Shown here in pieces: positions 35,912 to 44,070 of a DNA stretch of 64,000 nucleotides (positions are counted from its first letter, which is position 1; each line of letters opens with the position of its first letter). This stretch comes from Candidatus Aminicenantes bacterium (GTDB lineage Bacteria; Acidobacteriota; Aminicenantia; Aminicenantales; JAFGBC01): assembly GCA_963702005.1 (NCBI GenBank), contig OY969696.1, positions 256,001-320,000 on the forward strand, written 5' to 3'. Both the position numbers and the translations under genes were made by a program. The notes beneath the pieces were generated by a model. That model was not told the origin of the DNA, ran no database searches, and saw only the letters and a list, made by a program, of their open reading frames with translations.

Positions 35912-36898
35912 ATGCCCGACTATCGCGTCTACGACACCATCCTGGACGGCGTCGGCCGCACGCCGCTTCTCCGCCTGGCCCGGCTCGGCGCCGGCCTCGA
36001 AGCCGAGATTTTCGCCAAGCTCGAGTTCCTGAACCCGATGGGAAGCATCAAGGACCGGATCGCCAAATACATGATCGAGAAAGCCGAGCGCGAGGGCCGG
36101 ATCCGGCCCGGCGACACGATCGTCGACAACTCCTCGGGGAACACGGCCCTCGGCCTGGCCATGGTCTGCGCCCTCAAGGGCTACCGGGTCAAGATGGTCG
36201 TCCGGGACAGCCTCAGCCCCGAAAAGGTCAAGTTCCTCAAGGCCCTCGACGTCGAGGTCGTCAAGGTCGACCACAAGCTCCCGCCCGAATCCCCCGACAG
36301 CTACAACAACATCACGCCCCGGATCGCCCGCGAGACGCCCCGCGGTTTTTACCTCGACCAGCACAACAACCGCGACAACAACGAATGCCACTATCGGACG
36401 ACCGGCCCCGAGATTTGGGAGCAGATGGAGGGACGGATCGACCTGGTCGTGGCCGGGGTCGGCACGGGCGGCACCCTGGGCGGGACCGCCCGGTTCCTCA
36501 AGGAAAAGGATACGAGCATCCGGGTCGTCGGAGTCGACCCCGAGGGATCTGTTTTCTACGACTACTTCCACTCCAAGACCCTCGTCCGGCCGGCCTCCTA
36601 CGCCATCGAGGGTTTGGGAGACGAATTCCTGATCGGGTGCGTCGACTTCGACGTCATGGACGACATGATCAGGGTCACGGACAAGGACGCCTTCGCCATG
36701 ACCCGAAGGCTGGTCAAAACCGAGGGGCTTCTCGTCGGCGGGTCGAGCGGGGCCGCGGCTTGGGCCGCCCTCAAGCTCGCCTGGGAGCTCGGCCGCCCGG
36801 CCCGGATCGTGACCGTTTTCCCGGACTCGGCCGGCCGCTACTTGAGCACGATCTTCAACGACGCCTGGCTCCGCGAGCGGGGGCTCAAGCCGTCTTGA
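35912..36898 (+). CDS. Cysteine synthase / cystathionine beta-synthase family PLP enzyme
   Basis: GRTPL, KLEFLNPMGSIKDRIA, SSGNTA, HYRTTGPEIW, GVGTGGT, IEGLG, EGLLVGGSSG, FPDSAGRYLS. Confidence 0.93.
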   Translation: MPDYRVYDTILDGVGRTPLLRLARLGAGLEAEIFAKLEFLNPMGSIKDRIAKYMIEKAEREGRIRPGDTIVDNSSGNTALGLAMVCALKGYRVKMVVRDSLSPEKVKFLKALDVEVVKVDHKLPPESPDSYNNITPRIARETPRGFYLDQHNNRDNNECHYRTTGPEIWEQMEGRIDLVVAGVGTGGTLGGTARFLKEKDTSIRVVGVDPEGSVFYDYFHSKTLVRPASYAIEGLGDEFLIGCVDFDVMDDMIRVTDKDAFAMTRRLVKTEGLLVGGSSGAAAWAALKLAWELGRPARIVTVFPDSAGRYLSTIFNDAWLRERGLKPS

Positions 36899-36931
36899 CA
36901 TCCGTTCCCGACTCGACTATACCTCTGGACG

Positions 36932-39316
36932 ATGAAGCCTCGCGTTTCGCCCGCGGCCGTCGCCCTGCTGTTCCCGGCGGCGGGCGGCCTCGCGCTTTTT
37001 GTTATGACCTGGGCGCGCTCGGGCCGCTTCACCATCCTTGATCATGGCTTCCGGTTCGATCCCATTCCCTTTCTTGGGCTGACGATTCTTTTTTTCCTCG
37101 GGCTGGCTTTCGCCTGGATCGGCGCGGCTCGGCTCGAAGCCGGCGCCGATCGGGTTCGCTTCCCGGACGCGCTCAAGTCGGGCCTCCTCTCTTGGTTCCC
37201 GCTTTTATTCCTGCTCCTCTCGCCGATCTTGTTAAACGATTATCTGGACCGGGGCGATTTCAGGCGCCGGCTCCTCACCCTTGGCTTAGCCGTCCTGGCC
37301 GCCCTCCTTTATCTTAAAGCCGTCGACCTCGGCCCCGCCCTCACAGCCCGGACCGGGAGACTCAAGAAATGGGAAGAGACATTCGCGGCCCTGCCCATCC
37401 GGAAAAAGCTCGTCATCCTCTTCCTGGCCGCCTTTCTCATCTACAACCTGGCGACCCTGGTCCTCGTCCTCCGGGGGATCACGTTCACGGGGGACGAACC
37501 GAACTACCTCATGACGACCCACAGCCTGTTTCGGGACGGCGATATCAACCTGGCCAACAACTACGCCCAGAAAGATTATTTTCAATTCTATTCCCAGAAG
37601 GATAACCCGCGCCTCAAGCTCGCCGTCTACGCCCGCCACGGAAAGAAGGGGCCGGACTTCGTCTATCCCATCAACCTGCCCGGGCTCTCGGTCTTGCTTC
37701 TTCCCCGCTATGCGCTCTCGCGGCTTTTCGAGGGCGGGGCGCGGACCTTCCTCATCAAAGGGAGCCTGGCCGTCTGGGCCGCGCTCCTCGGCCTCCAAGT
37801 CTACCTGCTCATCCTGCGGCTATGGCGAAACGAGAGGCGGTCGCTCGGCGTCTGGTTCCTCTACTCGTTCACGGCGCCGGTTCTTTTCTTCGCCAGCCAC
37901 CTTTACCCGGAAGTCTTCATCGCTTTCTGCTCGGTCCTCATCTACAGGCGGCTCACGGATGACCGCCCTATCTCGACGGGGACGGCCCTGGCCCTCGGCT
38001 TTCTGCTCTCGACCTTCCTCTGGTTCGGCGTCAAGTACAATTTTTTGTTCGGTCCGCTGGCCATCTTCGGCGTCTATCATATTTTCCGAAAGGGGCGCGA
38101 TTGGCCGAGGGCCGTCGCCTTCGCCGCCCTCCCCGTCCTTTCGCTGCTGCTGTTCGCCTTCTTCGTCTGGACGCTTTACGGGACGTTCTCGCCCTTCGCC
38201 GTCTACGAGGGCGTCATGACGGCCGAGAAAGCCCAATCCTTCAAGGAGGCGCTGCTCGGGATTCCCCTCCTCCAGAGGGTCGAGACGTTCTTCGACTACT
38301 TCCTGGATCAGAGGGACGGGCTCATCCTCTACGCCCCGTTCGCCGCGTTTACCCTGCTCGGGATGGTCGAGATGTTCCGGCGCCGCCGGCGCGAAGTCTG
38401 GTGGATCCTGTTTCTAACCATGCCCTTTCTCCTTAATTACGCTTTCTTCACCCACCGGCAGGGCTACTCCCCTCAGGGGCGGGTCCTGATGCCCATCTCC
38501 TGGGCCGGCGCCATCTTCATTGGGTATTTCCTGGCTTATAACATCAAGAGAATATTCGCCTATCTGTTCAAGGCCGCCGCTCTAGCGAGCTTCGCCTTGG
38601 CGGGATTGCTTTTAGCCCATCCACCTTTCCTTTACCAGTCGACCACCCATGAGTTCACGGACCGGGCCGGCGACCTGTTCGTTTATCTCTCCAATGTCCG
38701 CTTTTTCCTGCCCGGTTTTCTGCCTTCCTTCATCAAGGTCGACAACGTCGGCTACGGACCCAATTATGCCTGGATCCTCGGCCTGGCGCTCTTCGTCATC
38801 TGGTACGCGCGATCTCAAAAGCCGGGGACGCTCCGGCCTGTATTTCACCGGGCGGTCGCCTTGGTTTTTCTCGGGGCGGCCGTATTTCTGTGGTGTCTCT
38901 TCCCGCGAACCATGCCCTATGCGGCAACAACCGTGATCTACTCGCCCCAGACGGAGCTCGGGTTTTACGCCTTCCCTTGGGGACGGGGCATCGTAATCAG
39001 GAAAACCGGAACCCTCTACATCCACGAGCCCAAGGATTACACAATCCTGTTCAGCTCGAGGGCGAAGCTTGATACGATCACGCTCCGTTTCGGGTCGGAA
39101 AAAGGGGATTACGCGGTCGAGGCCCGCCTTTTCGACCTCCCCCTCCTCGACGAGCGGACGAGCTTCGCCAAGAAGGAGGTCGTCGTCAGCCCTCCGGCTT
39201 ATTATCCTTATCGAAACCTGAGCCTCTACGAGATCAAGCTCAGACTCCGCCATCTGTCGGACGAATCCATGCAGCTCGCCCCTTACCCGTTCCAGGTCGT
39301 CCCGGTTCGGGAGTAG
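36932..39316 (+). CDS. Polytopic GT-C-fold glycosyltransferase-like membrane protein, copy 2
   Basis: FTGDEPNYL...DGDINLANNY, YFLDQRDGLILYAP, GYSPQGR; 794 aa; paralog of 29482-31866. Confidence 0.7.
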   Translation: MKPRVSPAAVALLFPAAGGLALFVMTWARSGRFTILDHGFRFDPIPFLGLTILFFLGLAFAWIGAARLEAGADRVRFPDALKSGLLSWFPLLFLLLSPILLNDYLDRGDFRRRLLTLGLAVLAALLYLKAVDLGPALTARTGRLKKWEETFAALPIRKKLVILFLAAFLIYNLATLVLVLRGITFTGDEPNYLMTTHSLFRDGDINLANNYAQKDYFQFYSQKDNPRLKLAVYARHGKKGPDFVYPINLPGLSVLLLPRYALSRLFEGGARTFLIKGSLAVWAALLGLQVYLLILRLWRNERRSLGVWFLYSFTAPVLFFASHLYPEVFIAFCSVLIYRRLTDDRPISTGTALALGFLLSTFLWFGVKYNFLFGPLAIFGVYHIFRKGRDWPRAVAFAALPVLSLLLFAFFVWTLYGTFSPFAVYEGVMTAEKAQSFKEALLGIPLLQRVETFFDYFLDQRDGLILYAPFAAFTLLGMVEMFRRRRREVWWILFLTMPFLLNYAFFTHRQGYSPQGRVLMPISWAGAIFIGYFLAYNIKRIFAYLFKAAALASFALAGLLLAHPPFLYQSTTHEFTDRAGDLFVYLSNVRFFLPGFLPSFIKVDNVGYGPNYAWILGLALFVIWYARSQKPGTLRPVFHRAVALVFLGAAVFLWCLFPRTMPYAATTVIYSPQTELGFYAFPWGRGIVIRKTGTLYIHEPKDYTILFSSRAKLDTITLRFGSEKGDYAVEARLFDLPLLDERTSFAKKEVVVSPPAYYPYRNLSLYEIKLRLRHLSDESMQLAPYPFQVVPVRE

Positions 39317-39542
39317 TTCCCAAGTCACCCAAACGATCTTCCTCGTCAACCTGGACTTCACCGCCCCCCGGCTCCTTTTGACGCCCGAGGCCGGGTGGGC
39401 GGATGTCCTTGATCGTCGTCGCCCCCAAGATCAAGTTCGGCCTGACCTTCGCCCTGCTCTTCATTGCCGTCATGGTGGCCATCGACCTCATCAAGAGCTT
39501 GACCGTCCTCGGCTGGAAACACCTGGCAAATAATAAGACTAT

Positions 39543-39580
39543 ATTGCATTAATATGCCAATTATGGCATATTAATGCAAT
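39543..39580. promoter_or_regulatory. Perfect 17-bp-arm inverted repeat over the abiE promoter and start codon (AbiEi operator)
   Basis: ATTGCATTAATATGCCA-ATTA-TGGCATATTAATGCAAT; it contains TTGCAT-N17-CATATT. Confidence 0.8.
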
Positions 39581-40205
39581 GCGTTTTGACGAACTCCTGC
39601 GGATCGTCGCCAAGGAGGCCGTCTTTCGGTCAAGCTTTCTGACGGCCGAATCCGCCGACGCCAACGATCTGGGAAGACAACTGTCTCGGTGGGTCAAGTC
39701 CGGCCGGCTCATCCAGTTGCGCCGGGGCGTCTACGCTCTCTCTGAGCGCTATCGAAAAAGCGATCCTCACCCTTTTACGGCCGCCAACCTCATGAAACTC
39801 GCTTCCTATGTAAGCCTCCAATCGGCCCTGGAATTTTACGGCCTAATTCCCGAACATGTGCCCTCCGTGACAAGCGTCACGACGGGGCGCCCGGAACATT
39901 TTAGCAACCCGCTCGGATCGTTTTTTTACAGGCATATCCGCAAGACGTTCTTCTTCGGATATCGCCGCCTCGACCTCGGGCAGGGATTGAGCGCTTTCGT
40001 GGCCGATCCCGAGAAGGCTCTCCTGGACCTGCTCTACCTGACGCCCGGATCCGGTGATCCAGCCTATCTCCGTGAGCTCAGACTGCAAAATCTCGCGTCT
40101 TTGAACATGGAACGTTTTAAGAACCTTGCGGCCCAAACGAAGAGCCCGAAGCTCCTTGCGGCTTACTTAAGAATCCACAAGCTTCGGAAGGAGGACCGGA
40201 CATGA
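39579..40205 (+). CDS. abiEi: Type IV TA antitoxin AbiEi (wHTH)
   Basis: LSRWVKSGRLIQLRRGVY, SYVSLQSALEFYGLIPE, VADPEKALLD. Confidence 0.88.
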   Translation: MRFDELLRIVAKEAVFRSSFLTAESADANDLGRQLSRWVKSGRLIQLRRGVYALSERYRKSDPHPFTAANLMKLASYVSLQSALEFYGLIPEHVPSVTSVTTGRPEHFSNPLGSFFYRHIRKTFFFGYRRLDLGQGLSAFVADPEKALLDLLYLTPGSGDPAYLRELRLQNLASLNMERFKNLAAQTKSPKLLAAYLRIHKLRKEDRT

Positions 40206-41026
40206 AAGACTACCTGCGGCAGATCGTCGCCGAAGCGCCCGACCGCTTGCGGGCCAGGAGTCTGGCCAGGGAATACGTTCAAGCCAGGATAATGCAGATG
40301 CTCCAGGAGAACGGAGCTTCCCGGCGCTGGATCTTTCATGGCGGAACGGCCCTGCGCTTTCTCTACGGTCTTCCTAGATATTCCGAGGACCTGGACTTCG
40401 CTTTGGACAAGCCGGGGACCGAGCCGGACTTCTCGAACCTCGTGGAATCCGTCCGACGCGGATTCCAGGCCGAAGCTTACGACGTCGTGATGACAGTTCA
40501 GCAAAGGACCGCCGTCTTATCGGCGTTTGTCCGGTTCAAAGGCCTGTATTACGAACTCGGCCTGTCTCCGCGCCGTTCGGAAGTCCTGTCGGTCAAAATC
40601 GAGCTGGACTCCCAGCCCCCCGCCCGCGGACAAACGGAAACCTCCGTGATCCGCCGCTATACGGCCATTTTGAACTTCAAACATTACGATAAGTCCTCGT
40701 TGCTGAGCGGCAAACTCCACGCCCTTCTCGCCCGTCCCTACACGAAAGGCCGGGACCTATATGATCTTTTTTGGTACCTGTCCGATCGGAGCTGGCCGGA
40801 GCCGAACATCCCCTTCTTGGCGGCCGCCCTCCGCCAGACGCGGTGGGCGGGACCTAAACTCGCCAAGGATAATTGGAAATCCGTGATCGCAAGGAAACTC
40901 GGACGTCTGAACTGGAAGAAAGCCGTCGCTGACGTCCGCCCCTTTCTCGAACGCCCCGCCGAGCTGGATCAATTAACAAAGGAAAACGTCTTGCTCCTGC
41001 TCAAGAGAGACCGTATTTCTGTTTGA
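40202..41026 (+). CDS. abiEii: Type IV TA toxin AbiEii (nucleotidyltransferase)
   Basis: FHGGTALRFLYGLPRYSEDLDF, KLHALL.R..KGRDLYDL. Coupled to abiEi by an ATGA overlap. Confidence 0.92.
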   Translation: MKDYLRQIVAEAPDRLRARSLAREYVQARIMQMLQENGASRRWIFHGGTALRFLYGLPRYSEDLDFALDKPGTEPDFSNLVESVRRGFQAEAYDVVMTVQQRTAVLSAFVRFKGLYYELGLSPRRSEVLSVKIELDSQPPARGQTETSVIRRYTAILNFKHYDKSSLLSGKLHALLARPYTKGRDLYDLFWYLSDRSWPEPNIPFLAAALRQTRWAGPKLAKDNWKSVIARKLGRLNWKKAVADVRPFLERPAELDQLTKENVLLLLKRDRISV

Positions 41027-41050
41027 TTAATCATCAGTATTTATATTCGC

Positions 41051-41533
41051 TTACTTTTTACTCCGCGGCAGAGCCATTTTCACTGATCGGCGGGCGATCT
41101 TTTCCATATCTATCCCTGAACACTTCTCGCAGAAATACTCATTTCCTTTAATTGAATGACCATCGGTGCCGAGCCTTATTACAACTCCGCACCTTGAGCA
41201 CTTGGTCGGTTCATAAGAAGGAGGATTGGGCAGTTTTTCGAAGTTGAATTCGTTTGTCCCATACCAGACATACATTTCGGTCTCGATGGCCTCCCTGCAC
41301 TTTGGACAGTCTTTCCAATCCCCCGCGTGTTTTTCGGCATGGTGGCTACCGCACAGCGTATAACGCCGATGATTGCGGGAACAACTATCCCTTGAGTACG
41401 AATAAAGCACATATTTGTCCTCATCGTCGCAAATCCACTGGCCGCAACACTCGGCTCTCGTCAGCTTCCTTGTTTTACCGCAGAGCCCGCATCTCGGCGT
41501 TTTTGTGCCAACACCCTTATTTCTTTGTGACAT
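41051..41533 (-). CDS. Cys/His-rich hypothetical protein (putative multi-Zn-binding)
   Basis: 13 Cys: CGLC, CC.QWIC, C..NH...LC..HH, CPKC, CSRC, CEKC. Start could be 41533 or 41545. Confidence 0.75.
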   Translation of the reverse strand: MSQRNKGVGTKTPRCGLCGKTRKLTRAECCGQWICDDEDKYVLYSYSRDSCSRNHRRYTLCGSHHAEKHAGDWKDCPKCREAIETEMYVWYGTNEFNFEKLPNPPSYEPTKCSRCGVVIRLGTDGHSIKGNEYFCEKCSGIDMEKIARRSVKMALPRSKK

Positions 41534-41894
41534 CTCATCACCCATTTATGTCAAATAAATTGCATAACTTGAGCACGGCAAAAAGCATTAAGATTCCTCT
41601 TTCTATAATAGATTTCTTAACGCGCAGATTTCCTCATAACGGTTTACGCCTTAATCTAATTGGCGTCAGCTTCAACCTGACAGGAGATGTAATCCCCGGT
41701 TCTAAATCTATAAAATACTTTAAAAGATTCTGCGCTTCTTCGGCTCCAGCCGCATATATTTCATCAACCTCAGGATTAGTGCTTATCGGGTTTTTTTCAG
41801 CAAATTCTTGGCAGATAAAATTATGATATCTTGCAGCCCATTCATATTTTGTCCTTACCTCAGGAATTCCATCGTATTCTTTTAAATACTTAGT

Positions 41895-43330
41895 TGGCAG
41901 CCGTAAGGACATCGATAAGCGTTTCTTAATGAGTGAAACCGTAAGGACATCGATAACTGATCGGCCTTCAAGCGATCGGATCGACGACTTTACCGACGAA
42001 CGGAAAAGGAAACGTCTTGATAACCTTCCCCTCGTACTTGACGAAGACTCTGCGATGGTACGTCGAGAGTGTGGCCACGACGTACTGTCGTTCCAGTCTA
42101 CGGAGGATGAAATACGCGGCGCCGTTGAATTCGATGCAACCGTGGGCATCCACCTTGCGGACGAACGAGACGCAGCCCTTGGCGATCGGCAGATCGAGGT
42201 GTCCCCGGGAATCGAGATGCTGATCGAGATTGAAGGCGGATGGGAGATGACGAAGTGCGGACCAGAGCCGGTCGCGGAGTTGGCCGGGAAAGCGGGTGCC
42301 GTGATCGGTTGCCCGGAGGCTTCGATTCGGCTTCTCGAAGTGGTAGTAGCGGAGGAATCGTTCGCTCGTGCGGCGCAAGGACCGAAGATCCGGACAGGGA
42401 TGACGGAGCACCCGCGCCTGCCAGACCGCATTGAAGCTTTCGATAGCGGCGTTGCGGCCGGGTTCTTTCGGGGGAATGAAGCGAAGCTGGATGCCCAACA
42501 AAAGATGGAGCCGGATGAGCTGAGAGAGACTGTAGCGATACCGTCCCCCTCCCGTCGCGGCCATCTCGTTGTCCATCTGGGAGATTCGGGGAAGCCCCAT
42601 AACTTGCCAGGAATCAACCAGATGACGGCAGAGCGAGATCGTTCTCTTGTCGCGGACCTGGCTGGCCGCAGTGGTCTGTCCGGCGGCGTCGATGGTGTGG
42701 ATGGAGTAGAAGCGGGTGACTCCCGCAGGACCGCGGAGATGACGGGGCCCGACCAGGTCGGTTTGCTGAAGGTCGCCCATCTTACGGGCCGGGACGTAGG
42801 GATAGGGAGGCCCGTTGGAGGAGCGTTTGGCCTTGGCCTTTTTCGTTCGTCCGGCACGGGCCAGGATCTTCTCGATGGTCGAGATGGCGGGAAGCTGGCG
42901 GACGCCCCGTCGCTGAAGCTCGAAATGGATCGTTTCGGCGCCGATGCCGGCAAAAGCGGCGCGACGGGTCTTGTGGGCCGCCAGTTCGTCGCGCAGGACC
43001 AGGATTTTCCGGACCAAGGGCTCCCGCGTTTGATGGGGGATATGTCTCGGTACCCGACTTTGGTCGCGAAGCCCATCAAGCCCGAATTTTCGATGGCGAT
43101 TGAGCCATTTGGAGAGCCAAAAGCCGCTCCGATGGACGGTGCGGAGGATTTCGTTAAACCCAATCCCATCATAGTAATTTTCAATGGCTTTCTTCCGAGT
43201 CTCATATTCGCTCTTGATGCTCACCGCAAAGATCTCCTTCCCACTGGAATGGGAAAGAGTTTAAGCGATGAGCAAATCGCTTATCGATGTCCTTACGGTT
43301 ATTCACTTAGCGATGTCCTTACGGGAACCC
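41895..43330 (-). mobile_element. IS481-like insertion sequence, 1436 bp, with 6-bp TSD CTTAGT
   Basis: TSD at 41889-41894 and 43331-43336. Imperfect 25-bp terminal IRs TGGCAGCCGTAAGGACATCGATAAG / GGGTTCCCGTAAGGACATCGCTAAG. The 18-bp motif CCGTAAGGACATCGATAA occurs twice at each end. GC-rich inside an AT-rich gene. Confidence 0.9.
41968..43224 (-). CDS. DDE transposase (HTH + rve integrase core; IS481-like)
   Basis: KWLNRHRKFGLDGLRDQSRVP, STIEKILAR, QQTD...QMDN...NAAIESFN, YYHFEKPNRSL. Confidence 0.9.
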   Translation of the reverse strand: MSIKSEYETRKKAIENYYDGIGFNEILRTVHRSGFWLSKWLNRHRKFGLDGLRDQSRVPRHIPHQTREPLVRKILVLRDELAAHKTRRAAFAGIGAETIHFELQRRGVRQLPAISTIEKILARAGRTKKAKAKRSSNGPPYPYVPARKMGDLQQTDLVGPRHLRGPAGVTRFYSIHTIDAAGQTTAASQVRDKRTISLCRHLVDSWQVMGLPRISQMDNEMAATGGGRYRYSLSQLIRLHLLLGIQLRFIPPKEPGRNAAIESFNAVWQARVLRHPCPDLRSLRRTSERFLRYYHFEKPNRSLRATDHGTRFPGQLRDRLWSALRHLPSAFNLDQHLDSRGHLDLPIAKGCVSFVRKVDAHGCIEFNGAAYFILRRLERQYVVATLSTYHRRVFVKYEGKVIKTFPFPFVGKVVDPIA

Positions 43331-44070
43331 CTTAGTAATATTTTCGCGATGAGCTTTTATTGACTCGAAAAATATCCCTCCTTCAGGAAATACAGAAAAT
43401 GCTTCATTGAGATAGTTAATAAAAATAGTACCATCAGCATTTTCCAAGAGATCTTCATAATGTGGCGCATTAATAAGTTTATTATAAAATCCCAAGTGAA
43501 GCCGGACGATTTCTTTTGCAGAGGGAGCCAGCGATATAAAAGGAGGGCCTCCCTTAACATCTTGAGCTACGGCCTGCAAAAATGCATTACCAAAGACAAT
43601 ATCATCATCCATGTAGTGTTCCCCATAGGCGATTCCTCCCCTTACAAAGAAGCCCTCCATGGCAAGAGCAAGTTGAAAATTAGAAAATATCCTGAAAATA
43701 TCACCAAGCTCCGGTTCGCCGTAATCATAGTCTCTACGCAAGGGATAACCGACAACAATATTATCAGTAAATACCTTTACTGCATAATAAGAATCTTCTC
43801 CAGGCCCTGATGAGGAATCCCTAATTCGATCATAAGCACAGGATAAAGCTTGACGTAATCTATGAAGGAACTGAAGGCCATTCCCCGATTCAATTGCATT
43901 TCTGCTTAGCTGATTAAAGCCCAGAATATCTGCATAACAGACGAAAGAAGGAAGCATTTTTGGAGGGTTAAAAAGCTTATAAGGGTTGTTCATTTTACCT
44001 TATTACACCCCGCAACGTACTTTTAACCTCACTATTCCTATAGCGAGAGGTTGAGTCCTTTGTTCTCAGA

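Larger units (their letters stand above)
41634..43993 (-). pseudogene. Class III nucleotide-cyclase-like protein interrupted by an IS
   Basis: 5' part has YADILGF, FTDNIV, VRGGIAYG, VFGNA, FINYL; 3' part has KYEWAARYHN. Removing 41895-43330 plus one CTTAGT restores ...ENITK|YLKEY... in frame (305 aa). Confidence 0.8.

Noticed and set aside
41545-41640. GTTATGC (integron core-site-like) upstream of the Cys-rich gene
   Set aside because: No matching RYYYAAC inverse core or attC hairpin, no repeats between the other island genes, and no integrase.
41929-43335. 468-aa plus-strand ORF and 523-aa minus-strand ORF over the IS
   Set aside because: These are shadow frames of the transposase. Only the last 84 codons of 41634-43205 are real, as the tail of the interrupted gene.
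41634-43993. Calling the cyclase-like gene Pycsar or CBASS
   Set aside because: There is no adjacent cNMP-binding TM/TIR effector or CD-NTase motif.
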